A DNA stretch of 64,000 nucleotides, from NCBI GenBank assembly GCA_014859275.1, contig JACUUO010000001.1:13865-77864 (forward strand), given 5' to 3'. A program made the position numbers and the translations under genes. The notes beneath the pieces were generated by a model. That model made no database searches, had not been told where the DNA came from, and was given only the letters and a program-made list of their open reading frames with translations. The stretch comes from Actinomycetota bacterium. Its GTDB lineage: Bacteria > Actinomycetota > Aquicultoria > Aquicultorales > Aquicultoraceae. This document shows, piece after piece, positions 1 to 9,169 of this stretch (its first letter is position 1; each line of letters begins with the position of its first letter).

Positions 1-331
1 GATACACACCCAAAAACCCGGCCGCAGCGCCTATGATTACACCTACTACAATAGCCCATGGGCCGCCACCGATAAACCGGCTAACAACCCAACCTAAAAA
101 CGTCCCGATAAGAACACCGGCGAGAAAATCCGTTCCTAAAGAGAGAAATTTCCATGCATTTTGGGGAGACGATTTTATGGCCTGGGGCTGCCTCTCCTTG
201 CTTGTCGGTATTTTTTTGTCAGTTTCCTTGTACCCGGTCGGTTTCTTTTCATCCGCTTTGCCCTCATTAACTTCGTCATCAGCTTCAAACTCTTGGTCCC
301 AAAGCGGCCAGCGATCATCTGATTGTAACAT
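1..331 (-). CDS. AtpZ/AtpI-like small membrane protein (putative F0F1-ATPase-associated subunit); runs off the left edge
   Basis: My own minus-strand translation from the ATG at 331 gives MLQSDDRWPLWDQEFEADDEV...KFLSLGTDFLAGVLIGTFLGWVVSRFIGGGPWAIVVGVIIGAAAGFLGVY, with no stop before position 1. The Gly-rich two-helix pattern is typical of AtpZ/AtpI. The position next to dCMP deaminase and glyA fits the region upstream of an atp operon. It is absent from the ORF track because it is open at the edge. Confidence 0.5.
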   Translation of the reverse strand, partial: MLQSDDRWPLWDQEFEADDEVNEGKADEKKPTGYKETDKKIPTSKERQPQAIKSSPQNAWKFLSLGTDFLAGVLIGTFLGWVVSRFIGGGPWAIVVGVIIGAAAGFLGVY

Positions 332-438
332 TTAATACAAACACCGGTCCTCGCATATACTATAGATTAAATTGCACCTATCTGCAATAGCTTGATTGCT
401 AATTTCTACCCACTTTGTTAAATAGTAATCAAGATAGC

Positions 439-957
439 CTATCTCTCATGGTCGAAGGTAACCTGTAAGAGCCTTACACCCGCTTCAGCCAACAAGGCCT
501 GCGAAAGCGCATCGGGATAACCTTGCTCATAAATTATCTCCTTTATACCCGAATTTATGAGCATCTTAGCACAGAGGGAACAAGATTGGTGAGTGCAATA
601 GATCGATGCTCCCCCGACGGCGATACCATGCAGAGCAGCCTGAATAAGAGCATTCTGCTCTGCATGAAGACCGCGGCAGAGTTCATGCCTTTCGCCCGAG
701 GCCACGCCCTGGGCTTCGCGAAGACAGCCAACCTCATAGCAATGCTTAACGCCGGATGGTGCACCATTATATCCGGTTGCCAATATCCTCTTATCCCTCA
801 CCAGCAGCGACCCGGTTTTCCGCCTTAAACAAGTCGATCGCTCGGCAACTTGCTTGGTGATATTAAGAAAGTACTCATCCCAGGATGGCCTCGCATCGTT
901 GGAAAGCCGTTGTCCTTGATGTAAGTCCTTCCCCTCAACATCTGGCTTTATGCTCAT
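439..957 (-). CDS. dCMP deaminase / ComEB-type cytidine-deoxycytidylate deaminase
   Basis: Zinc-deaminase motifs are present: HAEQNA and [23 protein letters not shown] (PC-x2-C type). The family N-terminus [18 protein letters not shown] is also present. The start is probably the internal MSIKPD (957) rather than the track start at 1029. Confidence 0.85.
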   Translation of the reverse strand: MSIKPDVEGKDLHQGQRLSNDARPSWDEYFLNITKQVAERSTCLRRKTGSLLVRDKRILATGYNGAPSGVKHCYEVGCLREAQGVASGERHELCRGLHAEQNALIQAALHGIAVGGASIYCTHQSCSLCAKMLINSGIKEIIYEQGYPDALSQALLAEAGVRLLQVTFDHER

Positions 958-1252
958 CTTATTTCCTCGTTGGCCTATAGTCTCAGGGATTGCAGCTCGC
1001 TTTTTGATAACAAATAGTAAGCTACCCATCTCTCTGATTTAGATTAAACCTGGCAAAAGAATAATTAATCACGTAAAGGACGTAGCTCCTTTTATGCATT
1101 CTACATTGATAAGGTTTGCCAGTCTACCCCTAATACTTCACCTGATGGAAAGTTTGAAACTAGACAAAGCCACTGTATAAGGAGGGACGTTGCTCAAATA
1201 ATACAAATTCTTGGACGGAAAAATAACTTCTCTATAAGAGACTAGCAGAGTA

Positions 1253-1271
1253 CCCCGTCCTTTGGACGGGG
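1253..1271 (-). terminator. GC hairpin just downstream of the glyA stop (possible terminator, no U-tract)
   Basis: On the minus strand, CCCCGTCC-AAA-GGACGGGG forms an 8 bp stem 20 nt after the glyA stop. The following sequence is not U-rich, so terminator function is uncertain. Confidence 0.4.
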
Positions 1272-1289
1272 AGGTTCATTCTTTAGCGT

Positions 1290-2537
1290 TTAAGCTTTAT
1301 TAACATCGGCATAGATCGAATGCATAGCGCACATCCGCTTGACCTCGTCCCTGACCTTCCTCAGGGTAACTTTATTTCCCATGCCTTCGAGGGTATCGGC
1401 AATGAGGTGTGCGAGGTGACGCGTTTCTTCCTCTTTTAGGCCGCGCGTCGTTATCGCGGGCGTGCCCAGGCGAACGCCACTCGTTACTGCAGCGCTCCGG
1501 GTTTCGAACGGGATTGTATTTTTATTGGCGACTATTCCGACCGAACCGAGCACCCGCTCGGCATCAAGTCCGGTTATCCCTTTATTTGTTAGATCCACGA
1601 GCAAGAGATGAGTATCGGTACCGCCCGAGCATATTCTAAACCCCCGCTCCATTAGAGCGGCAGCCATCGTCCTGGCGTTTTTCACAATCTGCTCTGAGTA
1701 GACCTTAAACTCTTTAGTCATCGCCTCTTTAAAGCAGACCGCCTTGGCGGCGATGGTATGCATCAAGGGACCGCCCTGCGTTCCCGGAAATACCGCTTTA
1801 TCCAGGGCCTTACCGTACTTCTCGCGTGCTAGGATTAACCCCCCACGTGGGCCACGCAGTGTTTTATGGGTCGTGCTGGCGACGACATCGCTGTACGACA
1901 CCGGGCTCGGGTGAACCCCGGCGGCAACCAGGCCCGCGAAATGGGCCATATCGACCATAAGATACGCCTCAACCTCGTCGGCTATCGATCTGAAAGCTTC
2001 AAAATCGATAATCCTTGGGTAGGCGCTTGCGCCAGTTACTATCATGCGGGGCTTATGCCGTAAAGCAAGCCTGCGAATCTCCTCATAATCAAACCTTTCC
2101 GTCTTCGGATCAACGCCGTAGGCGATGAAATTATATATCTGGCCGGAAATATTAGCCGGGCTTCCATGCGTCAAGTGACCGCCATGCGGAAGCATGAGCC
2201 CCATCACCGTATCACCCGGCTTAAGCAGTGCAAGGTAGATAGCAGTGTTGGCTTGCGCCCCGGAATGCGGCTGAACATTGGCATATTCGGCCCCAAAGAG
2301 CTCCATTGCCCTCTTACAAGCAATATCCTCGGCCGTATCGACAAACTCACACCCTCCATAATAGCGCTTTCCTGGGTAGCCTTCAGCATATTTATTGGTC
2401 AATACTGATGCCTGCGCTTCAAGCACCGCCTTGCTTGCATAGTTTTCCGACGCGATGAGGTCGAGCGTGTTCTGCTGCCGGGCCAACTCGTCTCGAATTA
2501 TCTGCCATATTTCTGGATCGCTTGCCCTTAAATTCAT
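1290..2537 (-). CDS. glyA: serine hydroxymethyltransferase
   Basis: 415 aa. It has the full SHMT signature, including [19 protein letters not shown] and the [15 protein letters not shown]-lysine motif. Confidence 0.97.
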   Translation of the reverse strand: MNLRASDPEIWQIIRDELARQQNTLDLIASENYASKAVLEAQASVLTNKYAEGYPGKRYYGGCEFVDTAEDIACKRAMELFGAEYANVQPHSGAQANTAIYLALLKPGDTVMGLMLPHGGHLTHGSPANISGQIYNFIAYGVDPKTERFDYEEIRRLALRHKPRMIVTGASAYPRIIDFEAFRSIADEVEAYLMVDMAHFAGLVAAGVHPSPVSYSDVVASTTHKTLRGPRGGLILAREKYGKALDKAVFPGTQGGPLMHTIAAKAVCFKEAMTKEFKVYSEQIVKNARTMAAALMERGFRICSGGTDTHLLLVDLTNKGITGLDAERVLGSVGIVANKNTIPFETRSAAVTSGVRLGTPAITTRGLKEEETRHLAHLIADTLEGMGNKVTLRKVRDEVKRMCAMHSIYADVNKA

Positions 2538-2992
2538 TCACCCACTCCTGATCGTTCCTCAATAGCACTTATTTTATTGACCCTTATAGCGTGCCTTCCG
2601 CCCATAAAGTCGGTATTCAGCCAAATCCTCAATATTTCCTTGGCAACAGCCGGGCCAATAATGCGTTCTCCAACCGTCAGCACGTTGGCATCATTGTGTT
2701 CGCGACTGAATCTGGCTGATATGGGGTCGCTGCAATTTGCAGCCCGTATGCCCCTTACCTTATTGGCGGCAATAGCCACGCCAATCCCGGTGCCGCATAC
2801 GATCACACCCCGGTCAAACCCGCCGGCGGCGACCTTTCGGGCAACCCGCTCGGCAAAGTCGGGATAATCCACTGAATCCTCGCCGTTTATAGTACCGATA
2901 TCTAAAAACTCGATGCCTTCCTGCCGGAGAACCTCCTTCAGTTCTTCCTTTAAGGCATACCCGGCATGATCAGCACCTATTATGACCTTCAA
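2534..2992 (-). CDS. rpiB: ribose-5-phosphate isomerase B
   Basis: 152 aa. [19 protein letters not shown] and [16 protein letters not shown] are typical of RpiB/LacAB. It overlaps the glyA start by 4 nt. The start codon is TTG. Confidence 0.92.
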   Translation of the reverse strand: MKVIIGADHAGYALKEELKEVLRQEGIEFLDIGTINGEDSVDYPDFAERVARKVAAGGFDRGVIVCGTGIGVAIAANKVRGIRAANCSDPISARFSREHNDANVLTVGERIIGPAVAKEILRIWLNTDFMGGRHAIRVNKISAIEERSGVGE

Positions 2993-3134
2993 CTAAACTT
3001 ACCGCCCTTCCTTAGCTCACTATTAAAAAAGCCTTCTTTTGAAGGATACTCTGCCGGTCACAGCCTTGTAAAGAAGTGTGGGTCTGAGATTCTTCGGTCG
3101 CTACCGCTCCCTCAGAATGACAGAAAGGCTATTA

Positions 3135-3535
3135 GCTAGTAGTTAGTAGTTCATAGAGTGGTACTTATCCACACGCTCCTTAGCTGTAAGAAATAGGAAG
3201 TTAGTAGTTCATAGAGTAGTGCCCACATCTCTTACCCACATTGATACGCCCCATAAATGGGGCAACTACTGGGTGGACACAAGGTCCACCCCTACAGCAC
3301 TGGGTAACTCTTTCTACACCTTCTACCCACTCATTGGCCAGTGGCCATTGGCTCCTTGGCTAACTACCCACACTCTGCAGCACTGCAGCACTGCAGCACT
3401 GGGTAACTATTCCTATATCTCTTACCCTCATCAACATTGGCACATTAGCACCTTGGTACCTCAGACAGTACCCACATCTCTTACCCACATCCCTGGACCC
3501 CGGTCCCTAATCACCCATTCACCGATTCACCGATC
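3135..3535 (-). repeat. Mosaic intergenic repeat, copy A (about 400 bp, BIME/REP-like)
   Basis: Module order on the plus strand is as follows. TAGTTAG/TAGTTCA heptamers come first (3138-3160 and 3199-3214), then CCCACATCTCTTACCCACA. Next are hairpin GCCCCA-TAAA-TGGGGC (3248-3263) and hairpin GGGTGGAC-ACAAG-GTCCACCC (3271-3291). These are followed by (CTGCAGCA)x3, CCCACATCTCTTACCCACA, GGACCCCGGTCCCT and CACCGATTCACCGATC. The same order recurs in copies B, C and D. Strand is assigned by the GTAG-hairpin strand. Confidence 0.9.
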
Positions 3536-4193
3536 TTCTGCGATTCAGCTTCGCCTTTAATTCATCCCAGGATATAAATCCCTCTCGTACGAGCTTTGGC
3601 TCACTCGAAGAGAGATCAAGTACGGTTGATTCAACGCCCAGCTTAGCTTCTCCACCATCTACTATGTATGAGACGCGACCCCACAGACTTTCCTTGGCTT
3701 CAACGGCGTTTCTTGGGCTAGGCCGCCCTCCGATATTGGCGCTTGTGGTTGCCAGTGCTACCCCAACCAACCTTATCAACATCCTTGCAACCGGATTATC
3801 CGGGCACCTTATACCGACAGTATCGCCACCAGCGGTAACCTCGGCTGGCACCCTGGGTGATTTCTTAAAAATCAAGGTCAGAGGTCCTGGCCAGTACTCA
3901 TTCACCAAGCGCTCTGCCAACCTGCTAATATGGGATGCATACTCGTAGGCATCTTTAGGGTCCGCCACAAGAAGTACCAGAGGTTTATCTGCCGGGCGCT
4001 CCTTTACCCGGAAAATCTCCCGTACCGCCCCTGGGACTAGAGGGCTTGCCCCTACGCCATAGACAGTATCCGTTGGAAAAACGACCAGTTTTCCTTCCCT
4101 TGCCATAGCAGCGACCGGAATAAGGTCCTCTTCTCTCGGGCTCTCCGGGTCTACCGTAACAATTCTCGTTTGCTGCGGTTTCAAAGCGAACAC
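3519..4193 (-). CDS. tsaC: L-threonylcarbamoyladenylate synthase (Sua5/YwlC/TsaC family)
   Basis: 224 aa. VVFPTDTVYGVGA, TTSANIGGRPSP and STVLDL are YrdC-domain motifs. The last codons (RRSVNR-stop) are encoded by the CACCGATT repeat module. Confidence 0.88.
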   Translation of the reverse strand: MFALKPQQTRIVTVDPESPREEDLIPVAAMAREGKLVVFPTDTVYGVGASPLVPGAVREIFRVKERPADKPLVLLVADPKDAYEYASHISRLAERLVNEYWPGPLTLIFKKSPRVPAEVTAGGDTVGIRCPDNPVARMLIRLVGVALATTSANIGGRPSPRNAVEAKESLWGRVSYIVDGGEAKLGVESTVLDLSSSEPKLVREGFISWDELKAKLNRRRSVNR

Positions 4194-4195
4194 AC

Positions 4196-5068
4196 TTACA
4201 CCCTTCTCGCCTTAACTATCCGTTCGATTCCTTGATAATCATCCCTCACACCAACGTGAGTAAAATGACCAGTACCGTTACATAAGGCAACGACCTCGGC
4301 TGCCTGGCCAAACCCAATTTCCATTAGGAGCACCCCGCCTGGCGTTAAAAAACCGGGGGATTGCCCAATAATGGCGCGATAAAAATCAAGGCCATCCTCC
4401 CCGCCATCCAGCGCCAGTTCAGGCTCAAACTGGACCTCCCTTTGAAGGGAACTTAGCTCGCCGCTTGGAACATACGGCGGATTTGAGACCACCATATCGA
4501 GTCGGCCTCTAAGGCTTTCAAGGCTGCTGAATAAATCGGATTGGATTACCTGAACCCGGGTGGAGAGCCGGTTCTGGTGAGAGTTTTCCCTTGTCAGTTC
4601 AATCGCTGCTGGCGATATGTCGGTTGCAAAGACAGACGCACCGCCATATTCTTGAGCGATGCTTAAGGCAATGGCACCGGTGCCGCAGCCAACGTCTAGA
4701 ACAAGCCTTGGACCACCAAGTGATCTAAGCTCTGTCAACGCTTCTTCTACTAAAAGCTCGGTCTCTGGTCTGGGAATTAGCACGTTCTCCCTACATACCA
4801 GATCAATGTGCCTGAACTGCTGGTGTTCGAGAATATATTGAAGTGGTATCCCACTCAACCTCTTAGCGATAGCCGACTCAATAAATTCATGTTCGGGCGC
4901 GCTTAGGCTACGCTCCCTACTTAGATAAAGCTCTGTCCTCGCCAGCCCGGTTGCATCGCCGATAATCCTTTCGGCCTCAACCCGAGCATTGAATAAAGAG
5001 CCACCCTCCAACTGAAGGGCGGCCCAACCAATTGCCTCTCCGATGGTAAGGGTTTTCACAGCAGCCAT
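4196..5068 (-). CDS. prmC: peptide chain release factor N5-glutamine methyltransferase
   Basis: 290 aa. It has the SAM motif LDVGCGTGAIAL and the catalytic NPPY (VVSNPPYV). It lies immediately downstream of prfA. Confidence 0.92.
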   Translation of the reverse strand: MAAVKTLTIGEAIGWAALQLEGGSLFNARVEAERIIGDATGLARTELYLSRERSLSAPEHEFIESAIAKRLSGIPLQYILEHQQFRHIDLVCRENVLIPRPETELLVEEALTELRSLGGPRLVLDVGCGTGAIALSIAQEYGGASVFATDISPAAIELTRENSHQNRLSTRVQVIQSDLFSSLESLRGRLDMVVSNPPYVPSGELSSLQREVQFEPELALDGGEDGLDFYRAIIGQSPGFLTPGGVLLMEIGFGQAAEVVALCNGTGHFTHVGVRDDYQGIERIVKARRV

Positions 5069-6135
5069 TAAACCACCTGCTTTAGCTTCTCCGCTCTATC
5101 AGCTGCCGCTAGCGCATCTATGATCTCATCGATCTCGCCTTCAAGAACCACTGGCAGGTTATGGATTGTAAAGGAGATGCGGTGATCGGTAACTCTTCCC
5201 TGCGGGAAATTATACGTCCTGATTCGCTCGCTACGATCACCCGTACCGACCTGCAGGCGCCTCGTTGCGGCAAGCTCCGCCTGCTGCTCCTCCATAAGCT
5301 TTTCATAGAGCCTTGCCCTTAGAATGGTCATGGCGCGTTCCCTGTTCTGTATCTGGCTCTTCTCATCCTGGCACGACACAACCATACCCGTAGGCAGGTG
5401 GGTTACACGGACCGCGGAATCGGTGGTGTTTACAGACTGACCACCCGGCCCGCTGGACCTAAAGACATCTACCTTAATATCATTTGGATTGGTCTCAACT
5501 TCGATCTCTTCTGCTTCTGGAAGTACGGCAACGGTTACAGTTGAGGTGTGAATCCTTCCGCCCGATTCGGTCACGGGGATCCTCTGAACCCGGTGCACTC
5601 CAGATTCATACTTTAGCCTGCTATATGCTCCATCGCCCTTAACTTCAAAAATTACCTCCTTGAAGCCACCCATATCCGATGGGCTCGAGCTTAAAAGCTG
5701 CGTCCTCCAACCGTGCGATTCTGCATAGCGGCTGTACATTCGATAAAGCTCCCCGGCAAAAAGACTTGCCTCATCGCCACCAGCGCCCGCCCTGATCTCA
5801 ACAATGATGTCCTTCTCGTCATTGGGATCCTCTGCAACGAGCAAGAATTTTATCTCTTCTTCAACCTTCTCTCTTTCCTCACTCATCGTGCGAAGTTCGG
5901 TGCGGAGAAATTCCTGCATCTCGAGGTCCTTCTCTTCCTTAATCATATCGCCAGCATCAGCAATCCCCGCTTCAAGCTCTTCCAATCGCTTGATAAGATT
6001 AACAAGGGGTGTCATCCCGGCGTGGACCTTTGCATACTCGCGATACTTACTCTGATCGCTTAAGACCGCCGGGTCGCTTAATTTCTCCGTTATTTCGTTG
6101 TACTTATTTAAGTATTCTTGCAATTTCTTAAGCAT
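5068..6135 (-). CDS. prfA: peptide chain release factor 1
   Basis: 355 aa. It has the GGQ motif ([12 protein letters not shown]), the RF1-type PVT tripeptide (RIPVTES) and DHRI. Confidence 0.97.
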   Translation of the reverse strand: MLKKLQEYLNKYNEITEKLSDPAVLSDQSKYREYAKVHAGMTPLVNLIKRLEELEAGIADAGDMIKEEKDLEMQEFLRTELRTMSEEREKVEEEIKFLLVAEDPNDEKDIIVEIRAGAGGDEASLFAGELYRMYSRYAESHGWRTQLLSSSPSDMGGFKEVIFEVKGDGAYSRLKYESGVHRVQRIPVTESGGRIHTSTVTVAVLPEAEEIEVETNPNDIKVDVFRSSGPGGQSVNTTDSAVRVTHLPTGMVVSCQDEKSQIQNRERAMTILRARLYEKLMEEQQAELAATRRLQVGTGDRSERIRTYNFPQGRVTDHRISFTIHNLPVVLEGEIDEIIDALAAADRAEKLKQVV

Positions 6136-6169
6136 GATATCTCACCTGTTACGTCTGTAACCTTATCAA

Positions 6170-7141
6170 TTATAATTGAAGAGCAAAAACCAGTAAACAT
6201 GAATGTACCGGTGAATCGGTGAACCTATTCACCGATTCACCCACTTTCTCCTCTTCCTCCTGCACGGCAGCCTTAATCCCTTCCGCCTCCAGGACTTTGT
6301 TTAGGGCATGGATTGCAACCTCAAGCTGGGACTCATCGGGTTTTTTGGTCGTCAATTTCTGGAGCATAAGCCCCGGCGCCATTACGGCCTTCATGAACCT
6401 CGAATTGCTATACCTAGCTGCGACCCGGGTCACCTCATATGATATCCCGGCAACCAATGGGATCAAGGTCAGCTTCCCGGCAACCCTTGTCAAAACATCC
6501 GTAGTCGGCAGAAATGAGAAGCTGAATATAGCTACGACCATGACGATTAGCATGAAGCTCGTACCGCATCGCACGTGAAGTGTGCTATATCTTGCCGCAT
6601 TCTGTGGCGTCAACCCTTCGCCGGCCTCATAGGTATGAATAATCATATGCTCTGCCCCGTGATACTCAAAGACGCGCCTGATATCGCTCACCCTGGATAT
6701 CACCAAGATATAAAGGATAAATATGGTTATTCTAAACAGGCCCTCGATAAAAGCGAACAGAAAACGGTTATCAATTAATGTGCTGGCTGCTTTAGTTAAG
6801 TAAAAGGGAAGGATCATGAAGAGGCCGACTACGAAGGCAAACGCCAGCATTAATGTCCCCACCATCTGTTTCGGGGTGATCTCTTCCTCTGTCTCACCAA
6901 GCGCAAGGTTAGCCGAAAGAGATATTGTTTTTATTCCGAGAATAAAGGTCTCTATCAGAACGACAATACCCCTGAAAAGGGGCTTTTTAAAAATTGACCA
7001 GCGCTCGCTGATGGACTTAAAGCGCTCACCGGTGTCGGTTATGTTACCATCGGATGTTCTTACGGCCAGGCTCCAATACTTTGGGCCTTTCATCATAACG
7101 CCCTCAATAACCGCCTGGCCTCCGAAAAGTGTTTTGGCCAT
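6170..7141 (-). CDS. DUF1385 (YqhQ-like) membrane protein
   Basis: 323 aa. GGQAVIEGVMMKG and YHGAEHM are hallmarks of the DUF1385 family that usually accompanies prfA/prmC. It has several TM helices. The C-terminal roughly 25 codons run through a repeat-derived hairpin. Confidence 0.8.
   Translation of the reverse strand: MAKTLFGGQAVIEGVMMKGPKYWSLAVRTSDGNITDTGERFKSISERWSIFKKPLFRGIVVLIETFILGIKTISLSANLALGETEEEITPKQMVGTLMLAFAFVVGLFMILPFYLTKAASTLIDNRFLFAFIEGLFRITIFILYILVISRVSDIRRVFEYHGAEHMIIHTYEAGEGLTPQNAARYSTLHVRCGTSFMLIVMVVAIFSFSFLPTTDVLTRVAGKLTLIPLVAGISYEVTRVAARYSNSRFMKAVMAPGLMLQKLTTKKPDESQLEVAIHALNKVLEAEGIKAAVQEEEEKVGESVNRFTDSPVHSCLLVFALQL
6210..6241. repeat. Perfect 14 bp inverted repeat of the CACCGATT module
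   Basis: GGTGAATCGGTGAA-ccta-TTCACCGATTCACC. The stem is 14 bp and the loop 4 nt. It sits inside the last codons of the DUF1385 ORF, 75 nt upstream of the prfA start. Confidence 0.9.
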
Positions 7142-7211
7142 AATTTATTCATCGGTCGCTACTATCAAGACTTAAGCATCAACACGTGATAAAGCTACCA
7201 GGCTCTCCTCC

Positions 7212-7463
7212 TTACCTTGTTGCCTCTTCATTAACTTCTGCTTTTTCTGTCTCCGATTCGGTTACCTCAAGACCGTACTTCTTCTGAAAACGCTGTACCC
7301 TGCCACCGCTATCGACAAGCTTTTGCTTTCCGGTGTAGAACGGGTGGCACTTTGAGCAAAGTTCTATCTTCAGCTCTGACCTGGTCGAGCGGGTTATAAA
7401 GGTTTCACCACAAGAACAGGTTACCTTTGATTCGATATAATCAGGATGAATGCCCTTCTTCAA
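7212..7463 (-). CDS. rpmE: 50S ribosomal protein L31 (Zn-binding C+ form)
   Basis: 83 aa. [13 protein letters not shown] and [10 protein letters not shown] are present. TTG start with a GGAGGTG SD sequence. Confidence 0.95.
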   Translation of the reverse strand: MKKGIHPDYIESKVTCSCGETFITRSTRSELKIELCSKCHPFYTGKQKLVDSGGRVQRFQKKYGLEVTESETEKAEVNEEATR

Positions 7464-7475
7464 GCGTTACACCTC

Positions 7476-7518
7476 CAAAAAAATAGTTCACAGCACATCG
7501 GAACACTGCTGCCGTGAA
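7476..7518 (-). terminator. Terminator-like hairpin plus U-run in the rpmE leader (attenuator candidate or rho terminator)
   Basis: The minus strand reads GTTCAC-ggc-AGCA-gtgttccgatg-TGCT-GTGAAC-TATTTTTTT, followed directly by the GGAGGTG SD of rpmE. Confidence 0.5.
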
Positions 7519-7595
7519 CTCTTAACCTCGGCTAAACTGTACTAATGTTAGCACAACAAACCAGAATTGACAATAAAAAGCCGGTAACCCGGTGG

Positions 7596-7704
7596 CCCAC
7601 ATCTCTTACCCACACTCTGCAGCACTGCAACACTGCAGCACTGGGTAACTATCCCCACACTCTCGACCCACATCCCTGGTAACCCGGTCACCTGATCACC
7701 GGTC
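7596..7704 (-). repeat. Mosaic intergenic repeat, copy B (short)
   Basis: CCCACATCTCTTACCCACA, then CTGCAGCA-CTGCAACA-CTGCAGCA-CTGGGTAAC, then CCCCACACTCTCGACCCACATCCCTGG, then TAACCCGGTCACCTGATCACCGGTC. Module order matches copies A and D but the GC hairpins are missing. It ends 2 nt from the rho stop. Confidence 0.85.
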
Positions 7705-7706
7705 TT

Positions 7707-9107
7707 TTACCTTGACTTTGCAATCTGCATCAGGAATTCCTGGTTTGATTTGGTCTCCTTCATTTTATCGATAAGAAGCTCAATCGCTGCCCCGGGATCA
7801 AGTGCGTGCAGAACCCTCCTAAGCTTCCATATAAGCTGTGCCTCATCAGACGGCAGTATAAGTTCTTCCTTCCTCGTACCGGACTTCTCAATATCAATAG
7901 CCGGGAATACTCTCTTATCAGCAAGTCGTCTATCAAGATGAAGTTCCATATTGCCAGTACCCTTAAACTCCTCAAAGATGACCTCATCCATTCGGCTGCC
8001 GGTTTCAACAAGCGCAGTAGCGAGAATCGTCATGCTGCCGCCGTGCTCGATATTTCGCGCGGCACCAAAGAACCTCTTTGGCGGGAATAGCGCCGTTGAA
8101 TCAACGCCGCCTGAGAGAATTCTTCCGCTGGCCGGAGTAGTTAAATTATAGGCCCTTGCTAGCCTCGTGATACTATCGAGCATGATAACAACATCGCGCT
8201 TGTGCTCGACCAATCTCTTTGCCCTCTCGAGCACGAGCTCGGCAACCGCAACGTGGTTATCGGCCGGTTGGTCGAAAGTCGAGCTTACCACTTCACCCTT
8301 GATGGAGCGCTCCATATCGGTTACTTCTTCCGGCCTCTCATCAACAAGAAGCGCCATCATATGTACTTCGGGATTATTTGTGGTTATTGCATTTGCAATC
8401 TGTTTTAATATGGTGGTCTTTCCAGCCTTAGGTGGCGATACTATCAGACCCCTCTGCCCTTTTCCAATCGGGGCAGTAAGATCGATAATTCTAGTCGTTA
8501 CATCCTGCGGTCGGGTTTCGAGGCGAAACCTCTCGTTAGGATATATCGGAGTTAATGACTCAAATTGCGCACGCGAGCGTGCCAGCTCTGGTTCTACCCC
8601 ATTCACTGCTTCAATCCTAAGCAGCGCATTATACTTCTCGGTATCTTTTGGCGGTCTCACCTGGCCCTCGACCTCATCGCCGCGCCTTAAGCTGAAGCGT
8701 CTGATCTGCGACAAGGAAACGTAGATATCGCCCTCACTTGGTAAATACCCCTGGGCCCTTAAGAAGCCATAGCCCTCGCCTAATATATCTAGGATCCCTT
8801 TCTTCACGAGAAGCTTCTCTTCTTGCAGCTCTTCCGTTACTTGGGTCCTGGGCTCAAACCTTTCCTCGACCCTTGATTTAGCAATCTTAGGCTCTACAAT
8901 AGCGGTAGTAGATTCCGCTCCTCTGTTTGGGTTTGAAGCGGTAGCTCCTCTGCCGGAATCTGAATTTCCGCCGTGCCCTCGCTGCGCCTCGATAATCGCA
9001 TCGATTAGTTCGTTCTTTCTCAGGGTAGAAACACCGCTGATGCCCAACTTAGATGCAATTGGCCTTAACTCCATCAAAGTCTTTGATTTTAGTCGTACTC
9101 TATCCAC
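7707..9107 (-). CDS. rho: transcription termination factor Rho
   Basis: 466 aa. It has a Walker A motif (PPKAGKTT), an RNA-binding CSD (GYGFLR...) and the Q/R loops. It carries an extra stretch of about 50 aa of low complexity after the N-terminal helix bundle. Confidence 0.97.
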   Translation of the reverse strand: MDRVRLKSKTLMELRPIASKLGISGVSTLRKNELIDAIIEAQRGHGGNSDSGRGATASNPNRGAESTTAIVEPKIAKSRVEERFEPRTQVTEELQEEKLLVKKGILDILGEGYGFLRAQGYLPSEGDIYVSLSQIRRFSLRRGDEVEGQVRPPKDTEKYNALLRIEAVNGVEPELARSRAQFESLTPIYPNERFRLETRPQDVTTRIIDLTAPIGKGQRGLIVSPPKAGKTTILKQIANAITTNNPEVHMMALLVDERPEEVTDMERSIKGEVVSSTFDQPADNHVAVAELVLERAKRLVEHKRDVVIMLDSITRLARAYNLTTPASGRILSGGVDSTALFPPKRFFGAARNIEHGGSMTILATALVETGSRMDEVIFEEFKGTGNMELHLDRRLADKRVFPAIDIEKSGTRKEELILPSDEAQLIWKLRRVLHALDPGAAIELLIDKMKETKSNQEFLMQIAKSR

Positions 9108-9169
9108 TTTTTCACCTTCTTTACTAACCTAAAAATGATCTTCGTATTAATTCTGATGTTGGGCGTCCT

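Noticed and set aside
33-335. 100 aa plus-strand track ORF at the left edge
   Set aside because: The translation is low complexity and proline/serine-rich, with no SD. The opposite strand gives a coherent AtpZ/AtpI-like membrane protein starting at 331, so this ORF is a shadow frame.
3135-3535. Replication origin (oriC), suggested by the DnaA-box-like motifs
   Set aside because: No dnaA, dnaN or rpmH is nearby and no AT-rich unwinding element was seen. The motif recurs in four dispersed copies of a repeat. At most this is a DnaA-titrating cluster, reported as a low-confidence hypothesis.
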